From NCBI GenBank assembly GCA_001796515.1, contig MGMS01000054.1, forward strand, positions 19,481 to 83,480: DNA of 64,000 nt, read 5' to 3'. A program made the position numbers and the translations under genes. Under the pieces are notes generated by a model. The model ran no database searches. It saw only the letters and a list, made by a program, of their open reading frames with translations, and had not been told where the DNA came from. Shown one piece after another: positions 1 through 9,950 of this stretch (the stretch's first letter is position 1; every line of letters starts with the position of its first letter). This stretch comes from Chloroflexi bacterium RBG_13_51_36 (GTDB taxonomy: Bacteria; Chloroflexota; Dehalococcoidia; GIF9; AB-539-J10).

Positions 1-4
1 AATA

Positions 5-760
5 TTGAAAAACAAAGTGGCGATCATAACCGGAGCCAGTCGTGGTATGGGGAAAGCCTTCGCGCTGAAGTTTGCCGAAGAGGGGGCTAAACTGTTGTTG
101 ACCACCACTAATCTGCAAAGGGCTCAGGGCACGGCCAACGAAGTAAAGGCTAAGGGGGGGGAGGTAGCGATCGTGGAGGCCGATATATCGCACGAGGATG
201 CCGGTGAGAAAATAGCGGAGAAGGTCATGAAGCAGTATGGTAGGGTTGATATCCTCGTCAATAATGCTGCCATATGGTACGGAATCAATGCCCAGCCCTG
301 GGACCACTGGACAGTGAAGGAATGGGACCAGATGTTTGTGGTGAATGTAAGAGGAACATGGGTGGTCTGCAAGGCTATAGCCCCGCTGATGGTGAAGCAG
401 AAGAAGGGCAAGATTATCAACATCGCATCCAATGTTGCCAGAGTCCCCGCGGCCCAGCTGTTCTTGCCATATGCCTGCACCAAAGGAGCGGTCTACATAC
501 TGACTCACGCGCTGGCCAGAGCTCTGGGTCCCTCCGGTATCAATGTCAATGCCGTTGCGCCGGGATATGTGGCTACTGAAGCCAGTTTGGCCCAGACGAA
601 TAGTGAAAAAATATTCGGCGTTGCCACCGGGGAACAGTCAATTCACGAACGTTTGCAGCCAACCGACCCTGTGGGGGCAGTATTGTTCCTCGCCTCACCC
701 ACCGCGGATATGATCTCGGGACAGACTATCTATATTGACGGCGGGACGGTTATGATATAG
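5..760 (+). CDS. short-chain dehydrogenase/reductase (SDR) family oxidoreductase
   Basis: 251-aa ORF with the Rossmann motif TGASRGMGK, an NNAA motif and a catalytic Y-x3-K (YACTK). The start is TTG at position 5, so the true start could lie off-window. Confidence 0.85.
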   Translation: MKNKVAIITGASRGMGKAFALKFAEEGAKLLLTTTNLQRAQGTANEVKAKGGEVAIVEADISHEDAGEKIAEKVMKQYGRVDILVNNAAIWYGINAQPWDHWTVKEWDQMFVVNVRGTWVVCKAIAPLMVKQKKGKIINIASNVARVPAAQLFLPYACTKGAVYILTHALARALGPSGINVNAVAPGYVATEASLAQTNSEKIFGVATGEQSIHERLQPTDPVGAVLFLASPTADMISGQTIYIDGGTVMI

Positions 761-834
761 GCAACGGACATGCCCATCTGTTCTAGCTGGGGCACTAACT
801 TCTGCTGCACGGTCTGCGCCGTGAGTTGTGCCGG

Positions 835-2691
835 CTAGGGCCAGAGCTCTTGAGCCACGTCTGCCAGCCCCAGTTCCAGCAGTTTTCTTTTACTGGGCTT
901 GGCCGTCTTGAGGTCCCAATCCATGGCAGCCAGATACTCTTTGATCAGGGTGTCCTCATCAATGGTTACTCCGGCTAGAGGTCCTGCTTTTAGTGGTGGC
1001 TTCCCCAGGACCCTGTCGGAGACCTTGAACGTTAGCGGGTTCAACCCCTCTCTGATATTGAAGGCCTGGCGGATATTGGCAATTCTTTCCCCCGTCTTAA
1101 GCAATTCCTCATTGGTTACGTCCCAGCCGGTGACCACTCTCATAAATTCAGCGATAGGATTGACATTGGGAAAAGCCCAGTATATGAACAAACATGTCCC
1201 TGTACAAACCACCGTTTGGTGGAAACTGCTGCCTATTCTGCGCGCCTCTCCCCGGCCGGAAAAGGACGTTAAGTCAAATTTGGGCAGCAAACCCGAAGGG
1301 TGGCTGGGTGCATCCGACAACTCTGAGCCCACAAAATGACGGCCTGGAGTGGGGTCCATTTTGTAGCTGGTGGCAAAATGAAAGGAATGCTTGGGGTCAT
1401 GTGCTGCAAGCTCCTGCCCCCCGATATGTATGGCGTATTGATCAGCACCCTTGCCAATCTTCTCCGCTGCCACCTTCGCTCCATCGGCCAGCACATCACC
1501 AAAACCTTCCCTCTTGGCCAGTTTTTCGGTCATGGCCACGATGGCTTTGTGGTTGCCCCAGGTCATTTCAATACCATCGGTGTCTGCCTTGGTAACGAGC
1601 CCTTTCTCATAACATTCAATGGCGAGGGCAATAGCTGCCCCGGCCGAGATGGTGTCAAGTCCGTAGCGGTCGCAAATATCGCCGGCCTTGATTACCGATT
1701 CCAGGTTGTTGTTGAGACAGTTGGTGCCAAACATGGCGGTCGTCTCATATTCAGGCCTGCGCGTACCTTCGGCATACTTGTACTCTCCGGTTCCCGCCCT
1801 CATATGTCCTCCGCATCCGATGGGGCATTGATAGCAGGCAAATTTCTTCAGCGTCCGCTCAATCACAGCCTCTTTGGCTAAAGGTTGAAAATCTGGGAAG
1901 TCAATGACCCCTACCCCAGCCCAGTTCTTGACCGGCGAATCACCACTCAGAACACCGATGTCAACGAGGAAAGGCGTGCCAAAGGGCTTCAGCCAGACAA
2001 TATGCCCGCCCAGTTCAGCCAGATACTTCTTTCTCAGTTCTTTGGTTCTTTGTTCATCAGCCAGGGGGACTTTCATATTGCCCTTGACCGCCACTGCCTT
2101 GAGCTTTTTGGAACCCATCACGGCACCTAGACCGGAACGGGCCGCTGTTCTACCCCTGTTCATGATAGCTGCTATTAAAGACAGATTCTCTCCCGACGGT
2201 CCGATACAGGCTACCTCGACGTCCTTGCCCAGTTCCGATTTGAGGACCTCTTCGGTCTGGTAAGTGTCTTTCCCCCATATATGGGCGGCATCCCTTAACT
2301 CAGCTTTGCCATTATTAATGAAAAGGTAGACTGGCTTTGCCGATATACCACTAAAGAACAGGGCATCGTAGCCGGCGAATTTCATAAAAGCACCGAAATA
2401 ACCACCGGAGTTGGCATCACCCCAACCCCCGGTCAATGGTGATTTTGCCACCACAGTGAACCTTGTACCCGAGACCGCCGGCGTACCGGTAAAAGGGCCG
2501 GAGAGGATGCCGAGGATATTATCCGGTCCCAGTGGGGCAACACCAGCTTTCTGTCCACTGAACAGGATTCGGGCGCCGATGCCGTAGCCTCCAATGAACT
2601 GGCGAGCAAGCTTTTCATCCAGTGCCTCGTCCCTTAGCTTGTTTCTGGAAAGGTCCACAAACAGAATCTTTCCCATATAACCTCGTGCCAT
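835..2691 (-). CDS. aor: aldehyde:ferredoxin oxidoreductase (tungsten AOR family)
   Basis: 618 aa. The N-terminus MARGYMGKILFVDLS...GGYGIGARIL and the overall length are typical of the AOR family. A GGAGG Shine-Dalgarno lies just upstream of the ATG. Confidence 0.9.
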   Translation of the reverse strand: MARGYMGKILFVDLSRNKLRDEALDEKLARQFIGGYGIGARILFSGQKAGVAPLGPDNILGILSGPFTGTPAVSGTRFTVVAKSPLTGGWGDANSGGYFGAFMKFAGYDALFFSGISAKPVYLFINNGKAELRDAAHIWGKDTYQTEEVLKSELGKDVEVACIGPSGENLSLIAAIMNRGRTAARSGLGAVMGSKKLKAVAVKGNMKVPLADEQRTKELRKKYLAELGGHIVWLKPFGTPFLVDIGVLSGDSPVKNWAGVGVIDFPDFQPLAKEAVIERTLKKFACYQCPIGCGGHMRAGTGEYKYAEGTRRPEYETTAMFGTNCLNNNLESVIKAGDICDRYGLDTISAGAAIALAIECYEKGLVTKADTDGIEMTWGNHKAIVAMTEKLAKREGFGDVLADGAKVAAEKIGKGADQYAIHIGGQELAAHDPKHSFHFATSYKMDPTPGRHFVGSELSDAPSHPSGLLPKFDLTSFSGRGEARRIGSSFHQTVVCTGTCLFIYWAFPNVNPIAEFMRVVTGWDVTNEELLKTGERIANIRQAFNIREGLNPLTFKVSDRVLGKPPLKAGPLAGVTIDEDTLIKEYLAAMDWDLKTAKPSKRKLLELGLADVAQELWP

Positions 2692-2766
2692 ACATTACCT
2701 CCATGCTTTCTTTGTCCATACTTCCCTATTTCATCAAGGCTGTCAAATTCATCTCGAATAAACAAA

Positions 2767-3064
2767 GCCAAATACCAATATCCGAATGACAATTCAAATC
2801 CAAATGCTTGATTGAATGACAAAACTGTTCCTTTACCTAAATCTCCCCTCTTAGCGTAAGGGGGATTAAAGGGGGTTACTTCCCTAGTTTTCATAACTCC
2901 CCCCCTGCCAACGAATCTGTTCGGCGGTCAGGCGTCGCTGCCCCCTTTATTTTAAGAGGGATAATATTGAAGAAACTTAGTGAAACACAAATGCTTGAAT
3001 GTCAGGACTGTTTTTTGTCATTTTGGTTTCGGGCTTCATTTGGCATTTGAGCTTTGTCATTTGT
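2767..3064. repeat. gene-less inverted-arm element (CAAATGNCAAA-type arms around CCCCC/GGGGG hairpins)
   Basis: The left arm 2767-2825 reads gccaaataccaatatccgaatgacaattcaaatccaaatgcttgattgaatgacaaaac. The right arm 3010-3064 has the opposite polarity: gttttttgtcattttggtttcgggcttcatttggcatttgagctttgtcatttg. The reverse complement of the right arm closely matches 25933-25975. Confidence 0.6.
2843..2876. repeat. CCCCTC..GGGGG hairpin repeat (family B)
   Basis: The sequence ctcccctcttagcgtaagggggattaaagggggt has related copies at 28418-28450 and 29017-29050, and a shorter one at 2941-2960. Confidence 0.5.
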
Positions 3065-3084
3065 TATTGTGTCGAGCCGGTATA

Positions 3085-3789
3085 TCACATCCCTAGATAA
3101 GCTGTCTTGACCCGTTCATTTTGCAGAAGGTCTTTGCCTTTTCCCTCCAGGACAATGTGCCCATTTTCTAGCACATACGCCCTGTCGGCTATCTGGAGAG
3201 TGTTTCGGACATTCTGCTCGACCAGCAAGATGGTGATTCCCTGCTCGCGCAGTTGCTTCACCACCTCCAGGACCTCCAAGAATAATTTCGGCGCCAGGCC
3301 GTACGACGGCTCGTCAAACATGCAGAGTCCGGGATTGGACATTAGGCCCCGCCCTATGGCGACCATCTGGCGTTCACCCCCGCTTAACTTCTTAGCTGAC
3401 TGGTTTCGTCTTTCTTTCAGTACTGGGAAGACTTTATAGACTCGCTCCAGTGTTTCTTTCCTCCGCTTCCAGGCGGCGGAGCTATATGCCCCCATCTCCA
3501 GGTTGTCCCCCACCGTCATGTCGCTGAAAAGCTTTCTGCCCTCGGGTATCTGGCAGATACCCAGGTTCATAATTTTATGAGGTGCCAGCCTGTCTATTCT
3601 CTTGCCCAGAAACTCCACACTACCTGAAGCTGGACGCAGCAGGCCGGATATCGTATTAAGCAGTGTCGTCTTGCCAGCGCCATTAACACCCACCAGAGCC
3701 ACTATCTCTTTCTCATTGACTTTCAAGGAAACGTCCCGCAAGGCTTGAGACTTGCCGTAGAAGACATTCAGTCTGCTAACTTGCAGCAT
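3085..3789 (-). CDS. livF: branched-chain amino acid ABC transporter ATP-binding protein (LivF-like)
   Basis: Carries Walker A GVNGAGKTT and the signature LSGGERQ. I place the start at the internal ATG (MLQVSRLNVFYGK), which overlaps the livG stop. The longer track ORF (to 3873) would run inside livG. Confidence 0.85.
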   Translation of the reverse strand: MLQVSRLNVFYGKSQALRDVSLKVNEKEIVALVGVNGAGKTTLLNTISGLLRPASGSVEFLGKRIDRLAPHKIMNLGICQIPEGRKLFSDMTVGDNLEMGAYSSAAWKRRKETLERVYKVFPVLKERRNQSAKKLSGGERQMVAIGRGLMSNPGLCMFDEPSYGLAPKLFLEVLEVVKQLREQGITILLVEQNVRNTLQIADRAYVLENGHIVLEGKGKDLLQNERVKTAYLGM

Positions 3790-4513
3790 GGGTTTCCTCT
3801 CCCAGGTATATGTCAATGACTGTCTTGTTGCAGCTGATCTCGTTGCATGTTCCCTCAGCAATCTTTTCACCATGGTGAAGCACCATGACCCTCGTAGATA
3901 TGCCCATGATTGCCTTCATGACATGCTCAACCATGATAATCGTAATCCCCTTATCTCGAATTCTGGTCACCAACTCCATGGCCTCACCTACCTCGGTGGG
4001 GGTCAGGCCGGCCATCAGTTCATCGAGCAACAAGAGCTCAGGTTTGGTGGCCAGCGCTCTGGCTACTTCGACCCGCTTCTGCTGGGCCAGGGTCAAGTCT
4101 TTAATTGGGGCAGCGCTCGTCGCCGACAGCCCCACAAACTCCAATGCCTGGGTGGCTTCATTGGCGGCAGCCGCCCCAGAGATATGGGTTGGCTTACCGA
4201 AAAATGCCCCCACCAGTACGTTCTGAATGACCGGCATATTGCCGAAGACTTTCGTTTCTTGAAACGTCCTGGCTATCCCCATCTGGCAAATTCGGTGGGG
4301 CTTTAAGCCGCTGATCTTCTGGCCTTTAAATCTCATTCCCCCTGAGCTGGCAGGCAAAGCCGCTGATATCAAGTTAAACAGGGTTGTTTTGCCCGCTCCG
4401 TTGGGACCGATGAGGCCCAGGATTTCACCCTGGTCAACATGGAAGTCAACGTTAGATATCGCCGCTAAGCCGCCAAAGTACTTGGTTACACCCTGGCCTT
4501 CAAGTATTCGCAT
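3776..4513 (-). CDS. livG: branched-chain amino acid ABC transporter ATP-binding protein (LivG-like)
   Basis: Has Walker A GPNGAGKTT and a LivG-type C-terminal extension. It is operonic, with overlaps to livM and livF. Confidence 0.85.
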   Translation of the reverse strand: MRILEGQGVTKYFGGLAAISNVDFHVDQGEILGLIGPNGAGKTTLFNLISAALPASSGGMRFKGQKISGLKPHRICQMGIARTFQETKVFGNMPVIQNVLVGAFFGKPTHISGAAAANEATQALEFVGLSATSAAPIKDLTLAQQKRVEVARALATKPELLLLDELMAGLTPTEVGEAMELVTRIRDKGITIIMVEHVMKAIMGISTRVMVLHHGEKIAEGTCNEISCNKTVIDIYLGEETHAAS

Positions 4514-5486
4514 GTTGCTCCCCTTCGCGTCCTTTCCGCCACTTCGAAATCGCCCCTCCCAGTTTATCTCGCAATATTGGCACCAGCCCTACCATTCCAG
4601 TGGGCAGGAACAGGATGACCAGTACAATTATAATGCCAAAACCGAGCATAAAATACGTGTTCCATTCAACTTTCAGCGTTTTTTCCAAAAAACCAAAGAG
4701 AAGTCCGCCTACTATCGGACCTTGGAGACTCCCCATGCCGCCAAACACCGCCGCCACGATCGGGACGAAAGAGTAGAATGCGCTGTAGGCAATAGTAGGG
4801 TTGGAATAAGAAAGAGAAGGCGCGAGGACTGCCCCGGCTGCCCCCATGAAGATGGCACTGATGGCAAAGGTCAGGACCTTTGTCCTGGTGGTATCGATGC
4901 CCATATGTTCCGCTGCTTCCTCGTTCCCGCCGATGCTCTGCATAGCCAATCCCAATCTGGAGCGCCTGATAAGGTAAATAGCGAGCACCGTCACCACCGC
5001 CAGGCCGAGCATTGTGTAAAGAATAATTGTGCGATCCAGCACGTTGAAATACCAACCGTGGTGCTGCGTTACCTCGCCCTCTACGTAGGTGACAACATTA
5101 GGAATGAACACAACGAGCCCGAAGGTGAAGATGGTAAAATATATGCCCTTTAGTCTCAGGGTTACCAGTCCGAGCAGAACAGCGAGCACAAAGCTGATGA
5201 GACCTGCGGCGACTATAATAATGGGCAAGGGCAGGTGGTTCTGCAGCAGGTACGTAGTATAAATACCCGTTCCGAAAAATGCTGCCGGCGCCAATGACAT
5301 GTATCCGGTCGTCCCGGAAAACATAGCCCAGCTCATCGCCAGGATGGCATACACAAGCATGGTGATCAGCACGCGGGTACGGGCACCACCGTACAGGGGA
5401 AAGGTTAGTACAAAGGCTATGAGCAGGATGAGAAATCCCATCAACAGCAGCTTTCTATGTGTGGTGAACAGGCGAGTTATATTCAT
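4500..5486 (-). CDS. livM: branched-chain amino acid ABC transporter permease (LivM-like)
   Basis: 328-aa polytopic membrane protein. It directly abuts the livH stop and overlaps the livG start. Confidence 0.85.
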   Translation of the reverse strand: MNITRLFTTHRKLLLMGFLILLIAFVLTFPLYGGARTRVLITMLVYAILAMSWAMFSGTTGYMSLAPAAFFGTGIYTTYLLQNHLPLPIIIVAAGLISFVLAVLLGLVTLRLKGIYFTIFTFGLVVFIPNVVTYVEGEVTQHHGWYFNVLDRTIILYTMLGLAVVTVLAIYLIRRSRLGLAMQSIGGNEEAAEHMGIDTTRTKVLTFAISAIFMGAAGAVLAPSLSYSNPTIAYSAFYSFVPIVAAVFGGMGSLQGPIVGGLLFGFLEKTLKVEWNTYFMLGFGIIIVLVILFLPTGMVGLVPILRDKLGGAISKWRKGREGEQHANT

Positions 5487-6365
5487 TTACTTCTTCCCGA
5501 GAATACCTGTTGGTCTCACCAGCAGCAAGACCATGAGCATTGCATAATAAACAGGCACAATAAGAACAGACTCCCAAAGGCCGGCAACCAGCATGGAAAC
5601 GATACCGATTATGATTCCGGCAATAAAACTGCCCGGGACACTGCCCAATCCGCCCAGGGTGACGACAATGAGGGCGATTACGGTATTGTTGAAGCCCATA
5701 GCTGTGGAAACTGGAGTTCTCATGCTGACCAGCGTGCCGGCGACGGCCGCCAGCAACCCTCCCAGCCCGAAACAAACAGCCAGAATCGTGTTGGTATTCA
5801 CCCCCATCAGCTCCGCTGTGGGCGGGTCTTCAGCTGTGGCCCTGATGGCTTTACCCACCCGGGAGCGGGTCAAGAAGAGATAAACGGCTATGCCCAGGGC
5901 AGCAGCAATGGCAAAGCCTACTATCAGGTTGACGGCGAGGTTGATCCCTACATACGGCACAGGCTGGGTTAAATATTGAGATGGCAGCGATTGGGTACCA
6001 AATCTGATGCGGGCCAGGTACTGGATGACATACATGACGCCGAAGGCGGCCAGCAGAGCGTTGCCCTCGAAGGCAGACGGTGACGGCACCCGGGCTTTGA
6101 CACCTCGGAACAGAGTCGCTTGAAGCAAGAAACCGAGGCCAAAGAGGATGGGACCGACAATAACCGGCGCCAGCAGCGGATTAATCCCTAACTGACTGAA
6201 GGTAAAGGTGAGGATACCTCCCAGCATAAGGAATTCTCCGTGGGTGATGTTCAGCACACGGCAAACACCAATCTGCAAACTCAAGCCTACAGCCAGCAAG
6301 CCGTACACCCCGCCCGCCAGTATACCGATCGTGATTAAGCCTAAAAGTCTCTCTGCCTCTGCCAT
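5487..6365 (-). CDS. livH: branched-chain amino acid ABC transporter permease (LivH-like)
   Basis: 292-aa polytopic membrane protein of the LivH type, first permease of the operon. Confidence 0.85.
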   Translation of the reverse strand: MAEAERLLGLITIGILAGGVYGLLAVGLSLQIGVCRVLNITHGEFLMLGGILTFTFSQLGINPLLAPVIVGPILFGLGFLLQATLFRGVKARVPSPSAFEGNALLAAFGVMYVIQYLARIRFGTQSLPSQYLTQPVPYVGINLAVNLIVGFAIAAALGIAVYLFLTRSRVGKAIRATAEDPPTAELMGVNTNTILAVCFGLGGLLAAVAGTLVSMRTPVSTAMGFNNTVIALIVVTLGGLGSVPGSFIAGIIIGIVSMLVAGLWESVLIVPVYYAMLMVLLLVRPTGILGKK

Positions 6366-6509
6366 TACGCTGACCCGTTATCTTCCCTTGTTTCTTCTGG
6401 ACACAAGCAAAAGCAGGCTGCCTAGAAACACCCCGGGGACCTGCCCGTTATCTCTTCTAGACAGCCTGCCTTTTATTCTAGACTCCTTGTCTTATGTAGT
6501 CCTATCCTC

Positions 6510-7880
6510 CTAGTCTAGCAGCCAGAACCAGTTGCCCGTGTTGGGGTAGACAAATGAGGCAGTAGGGTCATTACCTCCTACGCTTCTATACTCCCCACTC
6601 TGCCACTGGCCAATCTCCGCGGGGTGGCATTCGTAAGCCAAGATTCCACCGCCAAGGCCGCCTCCGAATACTGTGAACCAAGTGTCGCCAAGCACGGTAG
6701 TAGCCGGATTCGACTCGGAGAACGCAGCAAGTTCATCTCTTACATCGCCTGAGTCAAGATTCCCGGCGTTCTCAACGGCCTCTCTCCACATCTCCAGCGC
6801 TGCCACGTAGCAAGGCTGGCCCCAGTAGTCGAGAGTATTCCAGCCACTGACATATGTTCCTTGGGCACATCCCAGAGCGGGTATGTCCCAGTCCGCCTCT
6901 GCCGCCGCCGCCAGTTCAGCATACACGTCAGACATCGCGGTCGACGTGTGGTTGTCGGCTACGATGAAGCTCATTACTCCTCCCGCATAGGGCCCAAAGT
7001 CAGTAGTACCGTAACTATTGGCGTTGCCGCCCGGTCCGAACAGGATAGCCGGCGGGTTGAAGTCGCTGGCCATCAACGCCAGAGTGATCATTGCGACATT
7101 CCAGGGATAGGTATATGCGCAGAAGATGTCATAAGGTGTCGCATTGTAAGCGGCTTCAGCGGCCGCGACTATCGCCTCCGGTTCGCCCGGACTGGTGGGC
7201 AGCCAGTAGCTATGCTGACCCCCGTCGATAACGTTGGCTTCACCGAATTCGTCTATGGTTTCTTGCTTATATTCCAGGCCGTGTGTAAGTCCCGCCTCTC
7301 CAATGTAGGTTATGTATGCTGTCGCGTTTTCACCCACTTCAGCCACCAGCATATCGTGCAGAACAGGGATCTGGTACCAGTTGGAAAAACTCAGGCTGAC
7401 CCACACGTAGCCCCAGTTCTGTATTTGATTGTCCCAAATCATGGTGCTGGCGCCACCCTCGAGGGTAATCAGTACGATGCCGGCAAGATTGCAGATAGGG
7501 GCCTGAGTGAAAATACAGTCGGTGCCCGGGCCGCCCCATATGAAGTCAACATCGTCTGTCTCTATTAAAGCGTCTGTGACGTCTGCCATGTCCCATGTCT
7601 CGACGGCAAAGTCGCGCACGATCAGCTCTATTGGTACCGGCTCGGTGCCAAAGTCGCTCAGCACGATGCCACCGTCCTCGCTGTTGACCTTGTCAGCGAA
7701 CCAGCGATAGACCGTTCCACCGTAACCACACTCGAAAACGGCCAACGGTCCTCCATCGGTGTCTCTGGCCAGGCCGACTTTGATCGAGGTGGGTGCCACC
7801 GGTCCTCCGCCCGTGCAGCCGATAAGGCCCACACTGAGGACCAGTATCGCTGCTACCAAGATAAACAATACTTTTTTCAC
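6510..7880 (-). CDS. ABC transporter substrate-binding lipoprotein (LivJ/K-like, unusually long and acidic)
   Basis: Has a lipoprotein signal MKKVLFILVAAILVLSVGLIGC, a GTG start preceded by AGGAGGAG, and the first position in the liv operon. The substrate cannot be inferred. Confidence 0.7.
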   Translation of the reverse strand: MKKVLFILVAAILVLSVGLIGCTGGGPVAPTSIKVGLARDTDGGPLAVFECGYGGTVYRWFADKVNSEDGGIVLSDFGTEPVPIELIVRDFAVETWDMADVTDALIETDDVDFIWGGPGTDCIFTQAPICNLAGIVLITLEGGASTMIWDNQIQNWGYVWVSLSFSNWYQIPVLHDMLVAEVGENATAYITYIGEAGLTHGLEYKQETIDEFGEANVIDGGQHSYWLPTSPGEPEAIVAAAEAAYNATPYDIFCAYTYPWNVAMITLALMASDFNPPAILFGPGGNANSYGTTDFGPYAGGVMSFIVADNHTSTAMSDVYAELAAAAEADWDIPALGCAQGTYVSGWNTLDYWGQPCYVAALEMWREAVENAGNLDSGDVRDELAAFSESNPATTVLGDTWFTVFGGGLGGGILAYECHPAEIGQWQSGEYRSVGGNDPTASFVYPNTGNWFWLLD

Positions 7881-8374
7881 TATTTCTCCTCCTTTCTAAA
7901 ATTCTTCAAAATTGAATCACATCTTTTCGTCATACAACCATACACATCCCTCCTTTTTATCTACGATTTGGTCTTCCTATTCTTAGATAGACTTCTCCTC
8001 GTGAAACTGTGCCTCATCACCTCCCTTCTTCATACTTACCCTTATGATACGCTACTAATATTAATATCCTGTTAATCTGGATATATTCTAAAATATTCTG
8101 ATCTTCCCTTCAATCTCAGGCACTTCTGGTTGTTTTGTAATAGCTCAGCATTATGCTCTGATAATCTAAGTCTATTCCTTCATTCACTGATGAAACCACC
8201 CTAATGGACTTAGTATTCTCTTTGACTTTGCGCTATCCTTCTGCTGATTTGGACTCTGATAGTGGGCACGGCATTGAAATCTTCGGCGTACGCGTGTATT
8301 ATACAGTTATATATATAAGTTGTCAATACTTCATACGAAGTACCTGGCGAATTCTAATATCTATAACGTTCTGT

Positions 8375-9136
8375 ATGAGGCAAATGCAAAAGGTAGATCA
8401 TAATTCTTACCAACCAAGTTATGCTCAGTTGGTTCAAATTCTGCAGGAGCAGGTTGCAGTTGGGAGACTACGACCTGGGGACCGACTGCCTTCTGAATCC
8501 CAGCTCTGTGAGCATCACGGTGTTAGCCGCATGACAATACGCCGGGCAATCAACATTCTCATCGAACAGGGTCTGGTAGTCACTAAACAAGGGCGGGGGA
8601 CATTCATTAAACCTATGCAATTCTGGGCTGCCACCTTCAGCCTTGGTCAATTACAGAATCTACTTGCTGATGAGAGAGGGATAAGGATTAAAATACTGGA
8701 GGCGTCAATCAATCTAGCCAGGGGAAGAGTCACACGCAAGATGGCCATAAAAAGAGGACAACGCATACTTTTTATTCGCCGGCTGATATTATCACGGGAT
8801 AAACCAATGATGTATCATCGGGAATATCTCATATATGACCCCTTACGGCCCGTAGTTGAATCAGAATTAGAAGTAACTTCGCTCAGGGGCCTATTCGAGG
8901 GGACGGGTAACTCATTTATAAAACGCAGCATGCTTTCCATAGAGGCGACGGTACTGAAAAATGAAGAAGCTCGGCTGCTACAAGCACCAGTTGGTACTGC
9001 TGCTTTCAATCTGGAACACCTATTCTACGATTTTGAAGATCGACCGGTTAGCTGGGGGTCGTTTATCTGCCCCGGAGCCAACCTGCGCTTTACAACGATA
9101 GTCGGAGCTCATAACAAGGAGTTGCGTAGGGTATGA
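8375..9136 (+). CDS. GntR/HutC-family transcriptional regulator (wHTH + UTRA-like effector domain)
   Basis: The motif LPSESQLCEHHGVSRMTIRRAINILIEQGLV is a classic GntR HTH. The track ORF starts at 8204, but the N-terminal 57 aa look like non-coding AT-rich sequence. The start is ATG 8375, or ATG 8384 which has a GAGG upstream. Confidence 0.85.
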   Translation: MRQMQKVDHNSYQPSYAQLVQILQEQVAVGRLRPGDRLPSESQLCEHHGVSRMTIRRAINILIEQGLVVTKQGRGTFIKPMQFWAATFSLGQLQNLLADERGIRIKILEASINLARGRVTRKMAIKRGQRILFIRRLILSRDKPMMYHREYLIYDPLRPVVESELEVTSLRGLFEGTGNSFIKRSMLSIEATVLKNEEARLLQAPVGTAAFNLEHLFYDFEDRPVSWGSFICPGANLRFTTIVGAHNKELRRV

Positions 9137-9768
9137 GTAGAACGAAAACACATTCTCAGTTGATATCAGCCATCGCTGATCTGAATGAAGAATTAGCCCT
9201 GAACTTAATCCGGGAACGCCTGGCTGAAAATGACGATCCGCTGATTCTCATCGCAAATTGCGAGAAGGGTTTGCAGCGGGTGGGTGAACGCTATGCTCGG
9301 CATAAATACTACCTATCTGGCCTGATTATGGGAGGGGAAATTTTTTACGAGGTTATGGAATTAATCCAGCCAGCTATGCAAGATCGCATTTCGGGTACTA
9401 GCTCAGGCAGGGTATTGCTGGGTACTGTAGAAGGCGATATACATGATTTGGGCAAGAACATCTTTAAACTATTGCTGAGCTGCTACAAGTTAACAGTTTA
9501 TGATCTGGGTGTAGATGTACCGCCGGAAGAATTTCTGCGTCAGGCTAAGAAGTTACAGCCTGACATTTTGGCACTATCCGGATTAATTACGAAATCTTAT
9601 GATTCGATGCGGGAGACAATTCGGTTGTTTCGTCAGGAGAGGTATCGAATTCCGATAGTAATTGGTGGTAGCCAGCTCAGCGAAGAGGTATTCCATTACA
9701 CGGGTGCCGATTATTGGGTGAATAAGGCAGATGTAGGTGTAAAATTATGCCTGCGTTTACTAAAATAG
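9133..9768 (+). CDS. cobalamin-binding corrinoid protein (B12-binding_2 cap + B12-binding domain)
   Basis: Contains the D-x-H-x-x-G motif (GDIHDLGKN), then SGL and GG motifs, with a helical cap domain at the N-terminus. The ATGA start/stop overlap with the GntR gene indicates translational coupling. Confidence 0.8.
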   Translation: MSRTKTHSQLISAIADLNEELALNLIRERLAENDDPLILIANCEKGLQRVGERYARHKYYLSGLIMGGEIFYEVMELIQPAMQDRISGTSSGRVLLGTVEGDIHDLGKNIFKLLLSCYKLTVYDLGVDVPPEEFLRQAKKLQPDILALSGLITKSYDSMRETIRLFRQERYRIPIVIGGSQLSEEVFHYTGADYWVNKADVGVKLCLRLLK

Positions 9769-9950
9769 GCATGATCGAGGAGTTGCCATCTACTGTCCTG
9801 CCATGCTGATACGTTTCCTACTCCTCTTAACCTGTTGAAATACGACTGCAAATACTGGGTTGAGGGTTCATGGTACTGGTTCTGTTTTAAGGAATTGATG
9901 GTGTATGTGTAATTATCTGACATCTAGCTATAGCATGCGGCAGGATAAGG

